This document shows positions 10,741-20,420 of a DNA stretch of 32,484 nucleotides, piece after piece (position 1 is the stretch's first letter; the number at the start of each line of letters is the position of its first letter). The DNA lies in the NCBI GenBank assembly GCA_035489775.1, contig DATHJM010000430.1, positions 1 to 32,484 on the forward strand. The letters are read 5' to 3'. Under the pieces are notes generated by a model that worked only from the letters and a program-made list of their open reading frames with translations, had not been told where the DNA came from and did no database searches. Source of the stretch: Burkholderiales bacterium (GTDB taxonomy: Bacteria; Pseudomonadota; Gammaproteobacteria; Burkholderiales; SG8-39). A program made the translations under genes and the position numbers.

Positions 10741-12873
10741 ATGTCGCTCCTCGAAAACCTCAATCCCGAGCAGCTCGCAGCAGTCACTCTTCCCGACCAA
10801 TCGGCGCTGATCCTCGCCGGCGCCGGCTCGGGGAAGACGCGCGTTCTCACCACCCGCATCGCCTGGCTGATCCAGACCGGGAATGTGGGTCCGAACGGCA
10901 TTCTCGCCGTTACCTTCACCAACAAGGCGGCACGCGAGATGCTCACGCGCATCTCGGCGATGCTGCCGATCAGCACCCGCGGCATGTGGGTCGGCACCTT
11001 TCACGGCCTGTGCAACCGCCTGCTGCGCGCGCACCACCGCGACGCCGGCCTGCCGCAGCTCTTCCAGATCCTCGACTCGCAAGACCAACACGCGGCAGTC
11101 AAGCGCGTCCTCAAGGCCCTCGGCGTCGACGAAGACAGATTCCCGGCGCGGGAAGCTCAGTATTTCATCAACGCCGCCAAGGAGGAGGGCAAGCGCGCGC
11201 GAGACGTCGAGATCGGTGACGAAATCAGCCGCCGTTACGCCGAGATCTACGCCGCCTACGACGAGCAATGCCAGCGCGAGGGCGTGGTGGACTTCGCTGA
11301 GTTGCTGCTGCGAACCTATGAGCTCCTTTCCAGGAACGAAATCCTCCGCGAGCACTACCGGAACCGCTTCCGGTACATCCTGGTGGACGAATTCCAGGAC
11401 ACCAACCGCCTGCAATACCGGTGGCTGAAGCTCCTCGCGGGACCGAAGACGGTCATGTTCGCCGTCGGCGACGACGACCAATCCATTTACCGGTTTCGCG
11501 GGGCCCACGTCGGCAACATGGCCGAATTCGAGCGCGACTTCCGTGTCGAGAACGTCATCCGCCTGGAGCAGAACTACCGCTCGGTCGGCCATATCCTCGC
11601 AGCGGCCAATGCGCTCATCGCCCACAACAGGAAGCGCCTCGGCAAGAACCTGTGGACCTCCGCCGCGCACGGCGAGCCGGTGCGCATCCACGAGGCGCAA
11701 AGCGACGGCTACGAGGCGAGCTGGCTCACCGAGGAGGTGCAGGCCCTGAAGCGCGGCGGGCTGCGTCTCGCCGATATCGGGGTGCTGTACCGCTCGAACG
11801 CGCAGTCACGCATCATCGAGCATGCGCTTTTCTCGAACGGTATTCCCTATCGCGTCTATGGAGGCCTGCGCTTCTTCGAGCGCATGGAAATCAAGCACGC
11901 GCTCGCGTATCTGAGGCTGGTTGCCAGTCCTGACGACGACGGGGCTTTCCTGCGGGTGGCCAATTTCCCGGCGCGCGGAATCGGCGCGCGCTCGCTCGAA
12001 GCCCTGCAGGATGCGGCAAAAGCCGGAGGTGCGAGCCTCTTCAAGGCGGCTTCGGGGCTTTCCGGGAAAAGCGGCGCGACAGTTGCCGCGTTCGTGCGCC
12101 TCATCGAATCGCTCAGGGCGGAGACGCAGGGGCTGCCGTTGTCCGAAACGGTCGAGGTGATGCTCGAAAGAAGCGGGCTCGTCGCGCATTACAAGGCCGA
12201 AAGGGACGGCGCCGACCGGGTCGAGAATCTGAACGAGCTGGTGAATGCGGCCGCCGCATTCATAAACGAGGAAGAAGAACACGGTCTTTCGGCCTTCCTG
12301 GCGCACGCCTCGCTCGAATCGGGCGAAAACCAGGCGGCCGAAGGCACGGACGCGCTGCAGCTGATGACGGTGCACTCGGCCAAGGGCCTGGAGTTCCACG
12401 CGGTGTTCATCACCGGGCTCGAAGAGGGGCTCTTTCCGCACGAGCAGAGCGTTCTGGAAGACGACGGCCTGGAAGAGGAGCGCAGACTGATGTACGTCGC
12501 GATCACCCGGGCGCGGACGCGGCTCTACCTCTCCTTCGCGCAGACGCGCATGCTGCACGGGCAGACCCGCTACAACGTCGCTTCGCGTTTTCTCGATGAG
12601 CTCCCGGAGGAAGTCGTGAAGCGCCTCACGCCGCAGCCGGCGCGTGCCAGATTCGACGACGTGGCGTGGGCACCCGCGCCGGCAAAGGCCTACAAGGCCA
12701 AAACGCCGGGCCACGGGTTCCGCATCGGCCAGTCGGTGCTGCACCCGAAGTTCGGCCAGGGCGTCATCGTCAACGCGGAAGGATCCGGCACCGACGCGCG
12801 CCTGCAGATCAACTTCGGCAAGCAGGGAATGAAATGGCTCGCGCTGGAATACGCGAAGCTGACTTCAGCGTAG
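10741..12873 (+). CDS. uvrD: ATP-dependent DNA helicase UvrD (DNA helicase II)
   Basis: The N-terminus is LNPEQLAAVT...ILAGAGSGKTRVLTTRIAWL (Walker A). Also present are LVDEFQDTN (motif II), YRSNAQSR, and TVHSAKGLEF...VAITRA. The length is 710 aa. Confidence 0.93.
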   Translation: MSLLENLNPEQLAAVTLPDQSALILAGAGSGKTRVLTTRIAWLIQTGNVGPNGILAVTFTNKAAREMLTRISAMLPISTRGMWVGTFHGLCNRLLRAHHRDAGLPQLFQILDSQDQHAAVKRVLKALGVDEDRFPAREAQYFINAAKEEGKRARDVEIGDEISRRYAEIYAAYDEQCQREGVVDFAELLLRTYELLSRNEILREHYRNRFRYILVDEFQDTNRLQYRWLKLLAGPKTVMFAVGDDDQSIYRFRGAHVGNMAEFERDFRVENVIRLEQNYRSVGHILAAANALIAHNRKRLGKNLWTSAAHGEPVRIHEAQSDGYEASWLTEEVQALKRGGLRLADIGVLYRSNAQSRIIEHALFSNGIPYRVYGGLRFFERMEIKHALAYLRLVASPDDDGAFLRVANFPARGIGARSLEALQDAAKAGGASLFKAASGLSGKSGATVAAFVRLIESLRAETQGLPLSETVEVMLERSGLVAHYKAERDGADRVENLNELVNAAAAFINEEEEHGLSAFLAHASLESGENQAAEGTDALQLMTVHSAKGLEFHAVFITGLEEGLFPHEQSVLEDDGLEEERRLMYVAITRARTRLYLSFAQTRMLHGQTRYNVASRFLDELPEEVVKRLTPQPARARFDDVAWAPAPAKAYKAKTPGHGFRIGQSVLHPKFGQGVIVNAEGSGTDARLQINFGKQGMKWLALEYAKLTSA

Positions 12874-12882
12874 CTGAAGTCA
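12860..12882 (+). terminator. Perfect 10-bp hairpin enclosing the uvrD stop codon
   Basis: The sequence is TGACTTCAGC-gta-GCTGAAGTCA. The TAG stop (12871-12873) spans the loop-stem junction. There is no U-tract, so the role as a terminator is uncertain. Confidence 0.35.
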
Positions 12883-12932
12883 TCCTGGGCCCTACGCATA
12901 CGCTCAGGGTAGACTCCGCGAAGGATCTGCTG

Positions 12933-13178
12933 TTACTTCTCGAACAACGGGAGCTGGCTCGCGCCCACGAGCACGGCCTGTTCCACGGCGCGTTTGGCTT
13001 CCTCGAGCGTGGCGGACTCGCCTGAATGACTGCCCGCGTGCCAGCGGTAGATCCCGTCCCATTCCTTCTTCGGGCCGAGCTTGACCTGCCCCAGCCGCTC
13101 TTTTCCGAGCCAGTATCCGTGCGCGAGGTAGCCGCGCTCCCAGAACGCCTGTTTCGCCTTTTTCGCGGGCTTCGGCAT
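12933..13178 (-). CDS. Small hypothetical protein (81 aa from the best-SD start), C-terminal QLPLF
   Basis: GGGAGGAG lies 4-5 nt upstream of the ATG at 13178. The ORF track extends to 13271 without an SD. I recognise no family. The protein ends ...VGASQLPLFEK. Confidence 0.5.
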   Translation of the reverse strand: MPKPAKKAKQAFWERGYLAHGYWLGKERLGQVKLGPKKEWDGIYRWHAGSHSGESATLEEAKRAVEQAVLVGASQLPLFEK

Positions 13179-13238
13179 CGGCTCCTCCCGAGCCGGCATT
13201 TTACCCATCGCCGGGGCGTTCGTGTAGAGTATCGCCCG

Positions 13239-13281
13239 ACCCCTTGAAGGGGGTGCTCTCTTGACCCCCATTTAGGGGGGT
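13239..13281 (+). promoter_or_regulatory. Two similar C-run/G-run hairpins in the ilvA leader / divergent spacer
   Basis: The hairpins are ACCCC-ttgaag-GGGGT (13239-13254) and ACCCCC-atttag-GGGGGT (13264-13281). The second G-run abuts or contains the only SD-like purine run before the ilvA ATG at 13294. Confidence 0.3.
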
Positions 13282-13293
13282 GAGAAAAATGAG

Positions 13294-14829
13294 ATGAAAA
13301 ACGACTATCTGGAGCGGATTCTCCGGGCGCGCGTGTACGACGTGGCGGTGGAGACGCCCCTTGAAGTCGCGCCCAATCTCTCGGCGCGGCTCGGCAACCG
13401 GGTGCTCTTGAAGCGCGAGGACATGCAGCCGGTGTTCTCCTTCAAGTGCCGCGGCGCCTACAACAAGATGGCGAATCTGTCCGCGGCTGCGCTTGCCCGC
13501 GGAGTCATCACTTCTTCGGCCGGCAATCACGCTCAAGGCGTGGCGCTGGCCGCCCAGAAGCTCGGCTGCGCGGCGGTGATCGTCATGCCTTCCACTACCC
13601 CCAAGATCAAGGTCGATGCGGTCAAGGCGCGCGGAGCGGAAGTGCACTTGCACGGCGATACCTACGACGAGGCGTACGTCGAGGCGAGGCGGCTCGCAAG
13701 AGCGCGCAAGCTCGGCTTCGTCCACCCCTACGACGATCCGGACGTGATCGCGGGCCAGGGCACGATCGGAATGGAAATCCTGCGTCAAACCGCGCACCCG
13801 ATCCACGCCGTGTTCGTCGCGATCGGCGGCGGCGGGCTCGTTTCCGGCATCGCTGCGTACATCAAGCGGCTGCGCCCGGCGATCAAAGTCATCGGCGTCG
13901 AGCCGGTGGACGCCGACTCAATGGCGCGCTCGCTGAAGGCCGGAAGGCGCGTCGTGCTCGATCACGTGGGTCTTTTCGCCGACGGGGTCGCCGTAAAACA
14001 GGTCGGCGAAGAGACGTTCCGCCTGTGCAGGGAGCTCCTCGACGGCGTGATCCTCGTCGATACCGACCAGATCTGTGCGGCGATCAAGGACGTGTTCGAG
14101 GACACGCGCACGATTCTCGAGCCCGCCGGCGCGCTGTCGATCGCCGGCGCCAAGGCCTACGTCGAGAAATCCGGAGTACGCGGAAAGAAGCTCGTTGCCG
14201 TCGCCTCGGGCGCGAACACGAATTTCGACCGGCTGCGCTTCGTCGCCGAGCGCGCGGAGGTGGGCGACCGGCGCGAGACGATCCTAGCGGTCACCATCCC
14301 CGAGCGCCCCGGGAGCTTCAAGAAGTTCTGCGCCACGCTCGGGGCGCGCAACATCACCGAGTTCAACTACCGCATCGCCGATCCCGAAGAAGCGCACGTA
14401 TTCGTCGGCGTCGAGGTGCACAGCCGCGACGAGTCAGCGAAAATCGTCAAGGTCCTGGAGCGCGAGGGCCTGAAGACCCTCGACCTGTCGGAGGACGAGA
14501 TGGCCAAGCTGCACGTGCGGCACATGGTCGGGGGCCATGCTCCCGCGGGGATCAGGAAGAGCGCGCGCGGCGCGCCCGACGAGCTGCTCTACCGGTTCGA
14601 GTTTCCGGAGCGCCCGGGGGCCCTGATGAAGTTCCTTTCTGCCATGCGCACCGACTGGAACATCAGCCTGTTCCACTACCGCAATCAGGGGAGCGACTAC
14701 GGCCGGGTGCTGGTCGGCATGCAGGTGCCGCGCCACGAGATGCGCGAATTCCAGGGTTTTCTCACCAAGCTTGCCTATCCGTGCGTGGACGAGAGCCGCA
14801 ATCCGGCGTACCGGCTGTTTCTCGGCTGA
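13294..14829 (+). CDS. ilvA: Biosynthetic threonine ammonia-lyase (threonine dehydratase)
   Basis: The PLP-lysine motif is VFSFKCRGAYNKM. GGGGL is present. The length is 511 aa with two C-terminal ACT-like regulatory repeats (FEFPERPGALMKFL). Confidence 0.93.
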   Translation: MKNDYLERILRARVYDVAVETPLEVAPNLSARLGNRVLLKREDMQPVFSFKCRGAYNKMANLSAAALARGVITSSAGNHAQGVALAAQKLGCAAVIVMPSTTPKIKVDAVKARGAEVHLHGDTYDEAYVEARRLARARKLGFVHPYDDPDVIAGQGTIGMEILRQTAHPIHAVFVAIGGGGLVSGIAAYIKRLRPAIKVIGVEPVDADSMARSLKAGRRVVLDHVGLFADGVAVKQVGEETFRLCRELLDGVILVDTDQICAAIKDVFEDTRTILEPAGALSIAGAKAYVEKSGVRGKKLVAVASGANTNFDRLRFVAERAEVGDRRETILAVTIPERPGSFKKFCATLGARNITEFNYRIADPEEAHVFVGVEVHSRDESAKIVKVLEREGLKTLDLSEDEMAKLHVRHMVGGHAPAGIRKSARGAPDELLYRFEFPERPGALMKFLSAMRTDWNISLFHYRNQGSDYGRVLVGMQVPRHEMREFQGFLTKLAYPCVDESRNPAYRLFLG

Positions 14830-14847
14830 ACTGGATTCAACAGCTCG

Positions 14848-15525
14848 CTAGGTTTTCGGCTCCTCTCCGAAATACCCGGGCGCGATCTCTCCCGCGTAGC
14901 AGGGAGGCGAAGAGTAAGCCTGTGCGTTGTCCAGGAACTTGAGTCCCTGCGGCTCGCGGCGGTATACGCCGCGTTCGGTGACGACGAAATCCACGGGGAT
15001 GTCGTGCGGCTGCGGGTATATGGTCTTCAGAAAAGCCTGCTCGTACGCGGTCCCGATGACCCGCGGCCGCTTGGTGAGCGCAGCGAGCGTGCGGTCGAAA
15101 AAACCCCCGCCATAACCCAGACGGTATCCGTTCCCGTCCCATCCCACCATCGGCAGGAGCACATCATCCGGGGCGACTTCGGGCGAGCCGACCGGGTAGG
15201 GAATGCCAAGAGGCCCTTCGGCCAGCTCCACCCCGGGTTTCCATTCGCGAAAAACGAGCGGAGTCCTGGGGGCCACGACGACCGGAAGCGCGGTCCTCGC
15301 CCCGCGCCGCCGCAAGGCCGCAGCAAGGTGACGCGCGTCATATTCGTTCCTGTACGGCCAGCAAAATGCGAGAACCCCGCGAACCAGATCCGGGAACGCG
15401 CGTTCAAGGTGATGGTCGATCCGCGAGCGCAGCTCGGCGAGCGTCTCACCAGCGAGAGCGCTGCGTTCCCGCAAAAGCCTTGCGCGCTCGGTCTTGCGCC
15501 AGGCGGAAAGATCCGAAGGAATCAT
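14848..15525 (-). CDS. 5-formyltetrahydrofolate cyclo-ligase
   Basis: GNGYRLGYGGGFFDRTL matches the family G-x-G-G-G-(F/Y)-(F/Y)-D-R motif. The length is about 225 aa. Confidence 0.8.
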   Translation of the reverse strand: MIPSDLSAWRKTERARLLRERSALAGETLAELRSRIDHHLERAFPDLVRGVLAFCWPYRNEYDARHLAAALRRRGARTALPVVVAPRTPLVFREWKPGVELAEGPLGIPYPVGSPEVAPDDVLLPMVGWDGNGYRLGYGGGFFDRTLAALTKRPRVIGTAYEQAFLKTIYPQPHDIPVDFVVTERGVYRREPQGLKFLDNAQAYSSPPCYAGEIAPGYFGEEPKT

Positions 15526-15589
15526 GTGCGGAAGCCTTCATCTGGCACGGAAAATGCCTGTAGTATTCTATCAAAGGAGGAAGCAGATT

Positions 15590-17551
15590 TTGATACGAGC
15601 GTTGTTCCGTCCAATTTGCCTTGCTGTCGTCCTCTCCGCGGCCACGCCCGGTTACGCGGTGAAGCTCGATCCGCAGGACGCGGCATTGCTTGCCGCACGC
15701 GATGCGTTCGAAGCGAATCACCGGACCAAGCTCGCAACGCTCGCTCCCAAGCTCAGATACCATCTGCTCGAGCCCTATGTCGAGTACTGGCAGCTCTTCT
15801 TCAGGCTTCCCGGTGCATCCGCCGAAGACGTTCGCGATTTCCTTTCCCGGTACCCGGGTACCGCACTCGCCGAGCAGCTGCGCGTCGATTGGCTCAAGGT
15901 GCTCGGCAGGAGCGGACGATGGGAGTTGTTCCAGGCGGAGTATCCGGCGCTCTCCGGCGATGATCCCGAAGTGACGTGCTACATGCTGCTCGCGCGCTGG
16001 AAGCGCGAGGACGCGTCGGTGCTCGGCGATTTCAAAACCTTCTGGAGCGCGCCGCGCGAGCTACCCGAAGGCTGCTTGACTCTAGCCCGGGCGATCCACA
16101 AGTCCGCACAACTCGGCTCGCGCGAAGCATGGGGGCGGTTTCGCGTGCTGATCGGCGCCGGGCTCGTGGGCGCGGCCAAGCGCGCCATGGAATTCCTGCC
16201 GCGCGGCGAAGCCATCGACGCGAAGCGGCTCAGCGCCGTCGTCCGCGCTCCGGTCAAATTTTTCAGGAATCCGCAGGTCGATCTCGCCAAGGCGACCGAC
16301 CGGGAACTGGTCATCGCCGCGCTCACGTTGGCCGCCGACGGTGACCCGCGCGTCGCCGCGGGATTCTGGCGCGGCGGCTTGAGCGATGCCTTCTCCGTCG
16401 AAGACCGCAGATACGTCTGGCTGATGCTCGCCATGAACGGCGCGCGCCGGCACGTGCCCGAGGCCCTCGACTGGTTCGGCGAGGCGGGAACGCTCACCGA
16501 CGAGCAACTCGGCTGGCGAGCGCGAATCGCAATGAGGACAGACAGGTGGGCCGAGGTCAGAAGCTCGATCGACCGGATGTCCCAGCTCGCGAAGAACGAT
16601 CCGGTCTGGACCTACTGGTACGGGCGCGCCGAGCGAGAGCTCGGCAGCCCGCTGGAAGCCGAAGGCTATTTCGAGCGCATCGCGGGAGAGCACAATTTCT
16701 ACGGGCGCCTTGCCGCCGAGGAGCTCGGGGTGAGCTTGCGGATTCCGGCCCGGGCTCCTCTACCCACCGAAAGCGAGATCGCCGAGGTCGCAGGGATCCC
16801 CGGCCTCGCGCGGGCGCTCGCGCTCTATCGCCTTGACATGCGGACCGAGGCGACGAAGGAGTGGCTCTGGACCATCCGCGGCATGGACGACCGCAAGCTC
16901 CTCGCGGCGGCCGAGCTCGCGCGGCGCAACGAAGCCTGGGACCGCGCCATCGGCACCGCGGACAGAACGGTGCTCGCCCACGATTTCTCGGTCCGCTACC
17001 TGGCGCCTTATCGGGAAGTGCTCGCCGAGAACGCGCGCTCGCGCGATCTGGAGGAACCCTGGGTGCTGGGTGTGGTGCGCCAGGAGAGCCGTTTCATCAC
17101 GGGCGCAAAATCCTCCGCCGGTGCGACCGGCCTCATGCAGGTGATGCGCCCGACGGCAAAGTGGGTAGCGCAGAGAATGCGCATGAAGCACTTCTCCTGG
17201 GCGCGGCTGCACGAGCCGGATCTCAACGCGGCGCTCGGAACGTATTACCTCAAGCACGTGCTCAATCAGTCCGACGGCAGCGCCGTGCTCGCCGCAGCCG
17301 CCTACAACGCCGGGCCTTCTCGCGCGCGCCTGTGGCGCGGCACCGTCCCTGTCGAGGGGGCGATCTTCGCCGAGACGATTCCCTTCGGCGAGACGCGCGA
17401 CTACGTCAAGAAGGTGATGACGAACACTGTTTACTACGCCGCCGTCCTCGGGACCGAGCCGACGCCGCTGAAGACGCGCCTGGGCATGGTCCAGCCTCGC
17501 CGCTCCTCCGAGGGCGTGGCGGCGATTCAGAACGAGGCCGTCGTTCAATAG
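15590..17551 (+). CDS. slt: Soluble lytic murein transglycosylase (Slt70 family)
   Basis: The catalytic region is VVRQESRFITGAKSSAGATGLMQVM ... AAYNAGPSRA, with a long superhelical N-terminal domain. I place the start at the TTG at 15590 (GGAGG 9 nt upstream, signal peptide ...AATPGYA|V). Alternative in-frame ATGs are at 15554 and 15494. Confidence 0.88.
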   Translation: MIRALFRPICLAVVLSAATPGYAVKLDPQDAALLAARDAFEANHRTKLATLAPKLRYHLLEPYVEYWQLFFRLPGASAEDVRDFLSRYPGTALAEQLRVDWLKVLGRSGRWELFQAEYPALSGDDPEVTCYMLLARWKREDASVLGDFKTFWSAPRELPEGCLTLARAIHKSAQLGSREAWGRFRVLIGAGLVGAAKRAMEFLPRGEAIDAKRLSAVVRAPVKFFRNPQVDLAKATDRELVIAALTLAADGDPRVAAGFWRGGLSDAFSVEDRRYVWLMLAMNGARRHVPEALDWFGEAGTLTDEQLGWRARIAMRTDRWAEVRSSIDRMSQLAKNDPVWTYWYGRAERELGSPLEAEGYFERIAGEHNFYGRLAAEELGVSLRIPARAPLPTESEIAEVAGIPGLARALALYRLDMRTEATKEWLWTIRGMDDRKLLAAAELARRNEAWDRAIGTADRTVLAHDFSVRYLAPYREVLAENARSRDLEEPWVLGVVRQESRFITGAKSSAGATGLMQVMRPTAKWVAQRMRMKHFSWARLHEPDLNAALGTYYLKHVLNQSDGSAVLAAAAYNAGPSRARLWRGTVPVEGAIFAETIPFGETRDYVKKVMTNTVYYAAVLGTEPTPLKTRLGMVQPRRSSEGVAAIQNEAVVQ

Positions 17552-17583
17552 GGCTCGAGCGGGGGGCGATCGAAGCGGGTCCG

Positions 17584-17603
17584 GCGCACCCTGCCTGGTG
17601 CGC
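17584..17603 (+). terminator. Hairpin downstream of slt
   Basis: GCGCACC-ctgcct-GGTGCGC (7-bp stem) is followed by TTCGCGGTT. It lies 33 nt after the slt stop. Confidence 0.35.
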
Positions 17604-17638
17604 TTCGCGGTTAAACTAGCGCTTTCCCTGGCGGCACC

Positions 17639-18589
17639 ATGAGTCGCATTCTGGTCATCGGCGGCAGCGGCTTTGTCGGCCGGCATCTCGTGCGCCAGCT
17701 CGTCGAAGACGGGCACTTCGTCATCGTGCCGACGCGCCGGCGCGAGCGCGCCAAGCACCTCATCCTTCTGCCCACGGTCGACGTGGTCGAGGCCGACGTG
17801 CACGATCCGGAGACGCTCGCGAAGCTCACCGCCGGCTGCGACGCGGTGGTGAATCTCGTCGGCATCCTGCACGGGCGCCCGGGGCGCCCCTATGGTCCGG
17901 AATTCGCGCGCGCGCACGTCGAGCTGCCGAGGAAAATCGTCGAGGCGTGCCAGAAAAAGCGCGTGCTGCGCCTGCTGCACATGAGTGCGCTGCATGCGCA
18001 CGCCGAAGGCCCCAGCCAATACCTGCGTTCCAAGGGCGAAGGCGAGGCCTGGGTGCTCGCGGCGCAGAACGAGCTGGCGGTGACGGTCTTCCGTCCTTCG
18101 GTCATATTCGGACCGGAGGACCAGTTTCTCAACACCTTCGCGAGCCTCCAGCGCTGGCTGCCGCTCGTGCTCCTTCCCAGTCCGCAGGCGCGTTTCCAAC
18201 CGGTATACGTCGGGGACGTGGCGCGCTGTTTCGGGGCGAGCCTCGCGGATCGCGACAGCGTCGGCAAGCGCTACGATCTGTGCGGCCCGCGGGTTTATAC
18301 CCTGCGCGAGCTCTTGAAGTGCGCCGGAAGCGCGAGCGGCCACCCGCGGCCCGTCATCGGCCTTTCCGACCGTCTTTCTTTCCTGTGCGCCTGGGCCATG
18401 GAATGGAAGCCGGGCAGGAAGCTCATGTCGCGCGACAACTATAATTCGATGAAAGTGGACAGTGTTTCGAACAGCCCTTTTCCCTTTTCCATCCAGCCAA
18501 CGCCGCTCGAGGTGGTGGCGCCCGTCTATCTCCGCGGCGTCCTCCCGCGCTCGCGCTACAGCTGGTTCCGCTACAAGGCGGGCCGCTAG
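17639..18589 (+). CDS. NAD(P)-binding SDR, complex I NDUFA9-like family protein
   Basis: The Rossmann motif is [18 protein letters not shown]. The length is 316 aa, and the overall resemblance is to the NDUFA9/39-kDa subunit-like proteins common in Burkholderiales. Confidence 0.7.
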   Translation: MSRILVIGGSGFVGRHLVRQLVEDGHFVIVPTRRRERAKHLILLPTVDVVEADVHDPETLAKLTAGCDAVVNLVGILHGRPGRPYGPEFARAHVELPRKIVEACQKKRVLRLLHMSALHAHAEGPSQYLRSKGEGEAWVLAAQNELAVTVFRPSVIFGPEDQFLNTFASLQRWLPLVLLPSPQARFQPVYVGDVARCFGASLADRDSVGKRYDLCGPRVYTLRELLKCAGSASGHPRPVIGLSDRLSFLCAWAMEWKPGRKLMSRDNYNSMKVDSVSNSPFPFSIQPTPLEVVAPVYLRGVLPRSRYSWFRYKAGR

Positions 18590-18613
18590 GCGCCTTCCCC
18601 GACTTTCCCGATC

Positions 18614-19273
18614 ATGGCGGCCCGGATACTTGTCATCGGCAACAGGAACTACTCGTCCTGGTCGATGCGGCCGTGGTTGTTCATGAAGCAGCACGGAATC
18701 GCCTTCGAGGAAGTTTACATTCCCTTGTACCAGGCGAATTCGAAGGAGCGCCTGCTGCGGCACTCGCCATCCGGGAAGGTGCCCGTGCTGATCGAGGGAG
18801 AGACGCGCGTCTGGGATTCGCTTGCGATCCTCGAACATCTCGCGGAAGCACACCCGCGCACCCGGGCCTGGCCTGCCGACCCGGTCGCGCGGGCTGCCGC
18901 GCGGTCCGTCTGCGCCGAGATGCACTCGGGCTTTCCCGCGCTGCGCGGGCGCCTGTCGATGAACGTGCGCAAGGTTTTCGCGCCGCGTACCTGGCCCGCG
19001 GAGGTCGACGAGGAGATCGAACGCATCCAATCGCTGTGGCAAAGCTGCCGCCAGCGCCACGGGGCGGAAGGGCCGTTCCTTTTCGGGCGTTTCTCCGCAG
19101 CCGATGCCATGTACGCGCCGGTCGTGTGGCGCTTCACCGGCTACTCGGTGCCGCTCGCGCCGGCGGCGCGCGACTACTGCGACGCAATGCTCGCCTTGCC
19201 GCCGATGCAGGAATGGCAGGCAGCCGCGAGAGCCGAGGCCGAAACACTGCCGCAGTTCGAGATGGCGCCCTGA
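18614..19273 (+). CDS. Glutathione S-transferase family protein
   Basis: The GST N-domain is [11 protein letters not shown] ... [23 protein letters not shown]. The length is 219 aa. Confidence 0.75.
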   Translation: MAARILVIGNRNYSSWSMRPWLFMKQHGIAFEEVYIPLYQANSKERLLRHSPSGKVPVLIEGETRVWDSLAILEHLAEAHPRTRAWPADPVARAAARSVCAEMHSGFPALRGRLSMNVRKVFAPRTWPAEVDEEIERIQSLWQSCRQRHGAEGPFLFGRFSAADAMYAPVVWRFTGYSVPLAPAARDYCDAMLALPPMQEWQAAARAEAETLPQFEMAP

Positions 19274-19286
19274 AAGGCAGGTCCCA

Positions 19287-20420
19287 GTGAAGATTTACGC
19301 GGTCGGCGGAGCGGTGCGCGACGAGCTCCTCGGCCTGCCGGTGGCAGACCGCGACCATGTCGTGGTCGGGAGCACGCCCGAGGAGATGGTGCGCCTCGGC
19401 TACAAACCGGTGGGCAAGGATTTTCCGGTGTTCCTGCATCCGCGAACCCATGAAGAGCATGCGCTCGCGCGCACCGAGCGCAAAGTCGCGCGCGGCTACA
19501 AGGGTTTCCAGGTCTACGCCGCGCCCGACGTCACTCTCGAGCAGGACCTCGCGCGGCGCGACCTGACCATCAACGCGATGGCGCGCGACGAAGCCGGGCA
19601 GCTCGTGGACCCCTTCGGCGGCGCGGCCGATCTGGAACGCGGGCTGCTCCGGCACGTGAGCCCCGCCTTCGTCGAGGACCCGGTGCGGATCCTGCGGGTC
19701 GCGCGCTTTGCGGCGCGCTTCGGTTTTGCGGTAGCGCCGGAGACCATGGCGTTGATGCGCTCCATGGTCGCGAACGGCGAGGCGGACGCCCTGGTGCCCG
19801 AGCGCGTGTGGCAGGAATTTTCCAGAGGTCTGATGGAGGGTGATGCGGCTCTCATGTTCCCGGTGCTCGCCGAATCCGGGCTCCTCGAGAAGCTGCTGCC
19901 CGAGTTGAAGCTCGCTTTCGAGCACGGCCGGCCGGCGAACGATGCCGCCCGCGTTCTCGTTCGCGCGCTCGAGCGCGCCGCCATCGAGCGGCTGGGCCTC
20001 GCGCCGCGTTTCGCTGTGGTTGCCCTCGGGGCGCCTTCCGTTCAGGCGACGCGCGCGCTGTGCGAGCGCCTCAAGGCGCCCGGCGATTGCCGCGATCTCG
20101 CCGTGCTCGCACGGCGGCACGGCGAGACGATGAAGCGCGCTCCGGCGCTGGGCGCAGCGGATTTGCTTGCGCTGCTCGAGCATTGCGACGCCCTGCGCCG
20201 GCCCGAGCGCTTCGGTGAGCTGCTCGCGCTCCTCGCCTGCGTCGAGCGGGGCGAGCGCGGCTGGGCGGAAATACCCTACATGCCGCGCGTGGTCCTGCGG
20301 CGGGCCCTCGCCGCGGCCGCCGGCATCGATGCCGCGAAGATCGCCGCACGAAGCGCGAAACCCGATATCGCCGCAAAACTGCGCCGCGCGCGCATCGCCG
20401 CCATCGAGGCGCTCGGCTGA
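19287..20420 (+). CDS. cca: CCA-adding tRNA nucleotidyltransferase, C-terminal domain lacking the HD signature
   Basis: A GTG start gives [28 protein letters not shown], close to E. coli Cca [36 protein letters not shown] and RVARFAARF are also present. The upstream 61 codons of ORF 19104.. overlap the GST gene in another frame and are Arg/Pro-rich. Confidence 0.88.
   Translation: MKIYAVGGAVRDELLGLPVADRDHVVVGSTPEEMVRLGYKPVGKDFPVFLHPRTHEEHALARTERKVARGYKGFQVYAAPDVTLEQDLARRDLTINAMARDEAGQLVDPFGGAADLERGLLRHVSPAFVEDPVRILRVARFAARFGFAVAPETMALMRSMVANGEADALVPERVWQEFSRGLMEGDAALMFPVLAESGLLEKLLPELKLAFEHGRPANDAARVLVRALERAAIERLGLAPRFAVVALGAPSVQATRALCERLKAPGDCRDLAVLARRHGETMKRAPALGAADLLALLEHCDALRRPERFGELLALLACVERGERGWAEIPYMPRVVLRRALAAAAGIDAAKIAARSAKPDIAAKLRRARIAAIEALG

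Noticed and set aside
10741-12873. UvrD-family helicase considered as part of a defence system (Gabija GajB-like or similar)
   Set aside because: It has full canonical UvrD motifs and length, a housekeeping context (leuS, ilvA), and no nuclease or ATPase partner gene. The only neighbour is an 81-aa convergent ORF.
13289-13297. Mini-ORF ATG-AGA-TGA overlapping the ilvA start codon
   Set aside because: Two codons can easily arise by chance. It is kept only as a detail of the hairpin finding, not as a feature.
16760-19060. 766-aa minus-strand ORF spanning slt, the NDUFA9-like gene and the GST gene
   Set aside because: It crosses three well-supported + strand genes and their spacers. Its composition is dominated by R/A/G/P, so it is a GC-driven artefact.
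19104-19286. 61-codon N-terminal extension of the cca ORF
   Set aside because: It overlaps the 3' end of the GST gene out of frame. Cca homology starts exactly at the GTG at 19287 ([12 protein letters not shown]).
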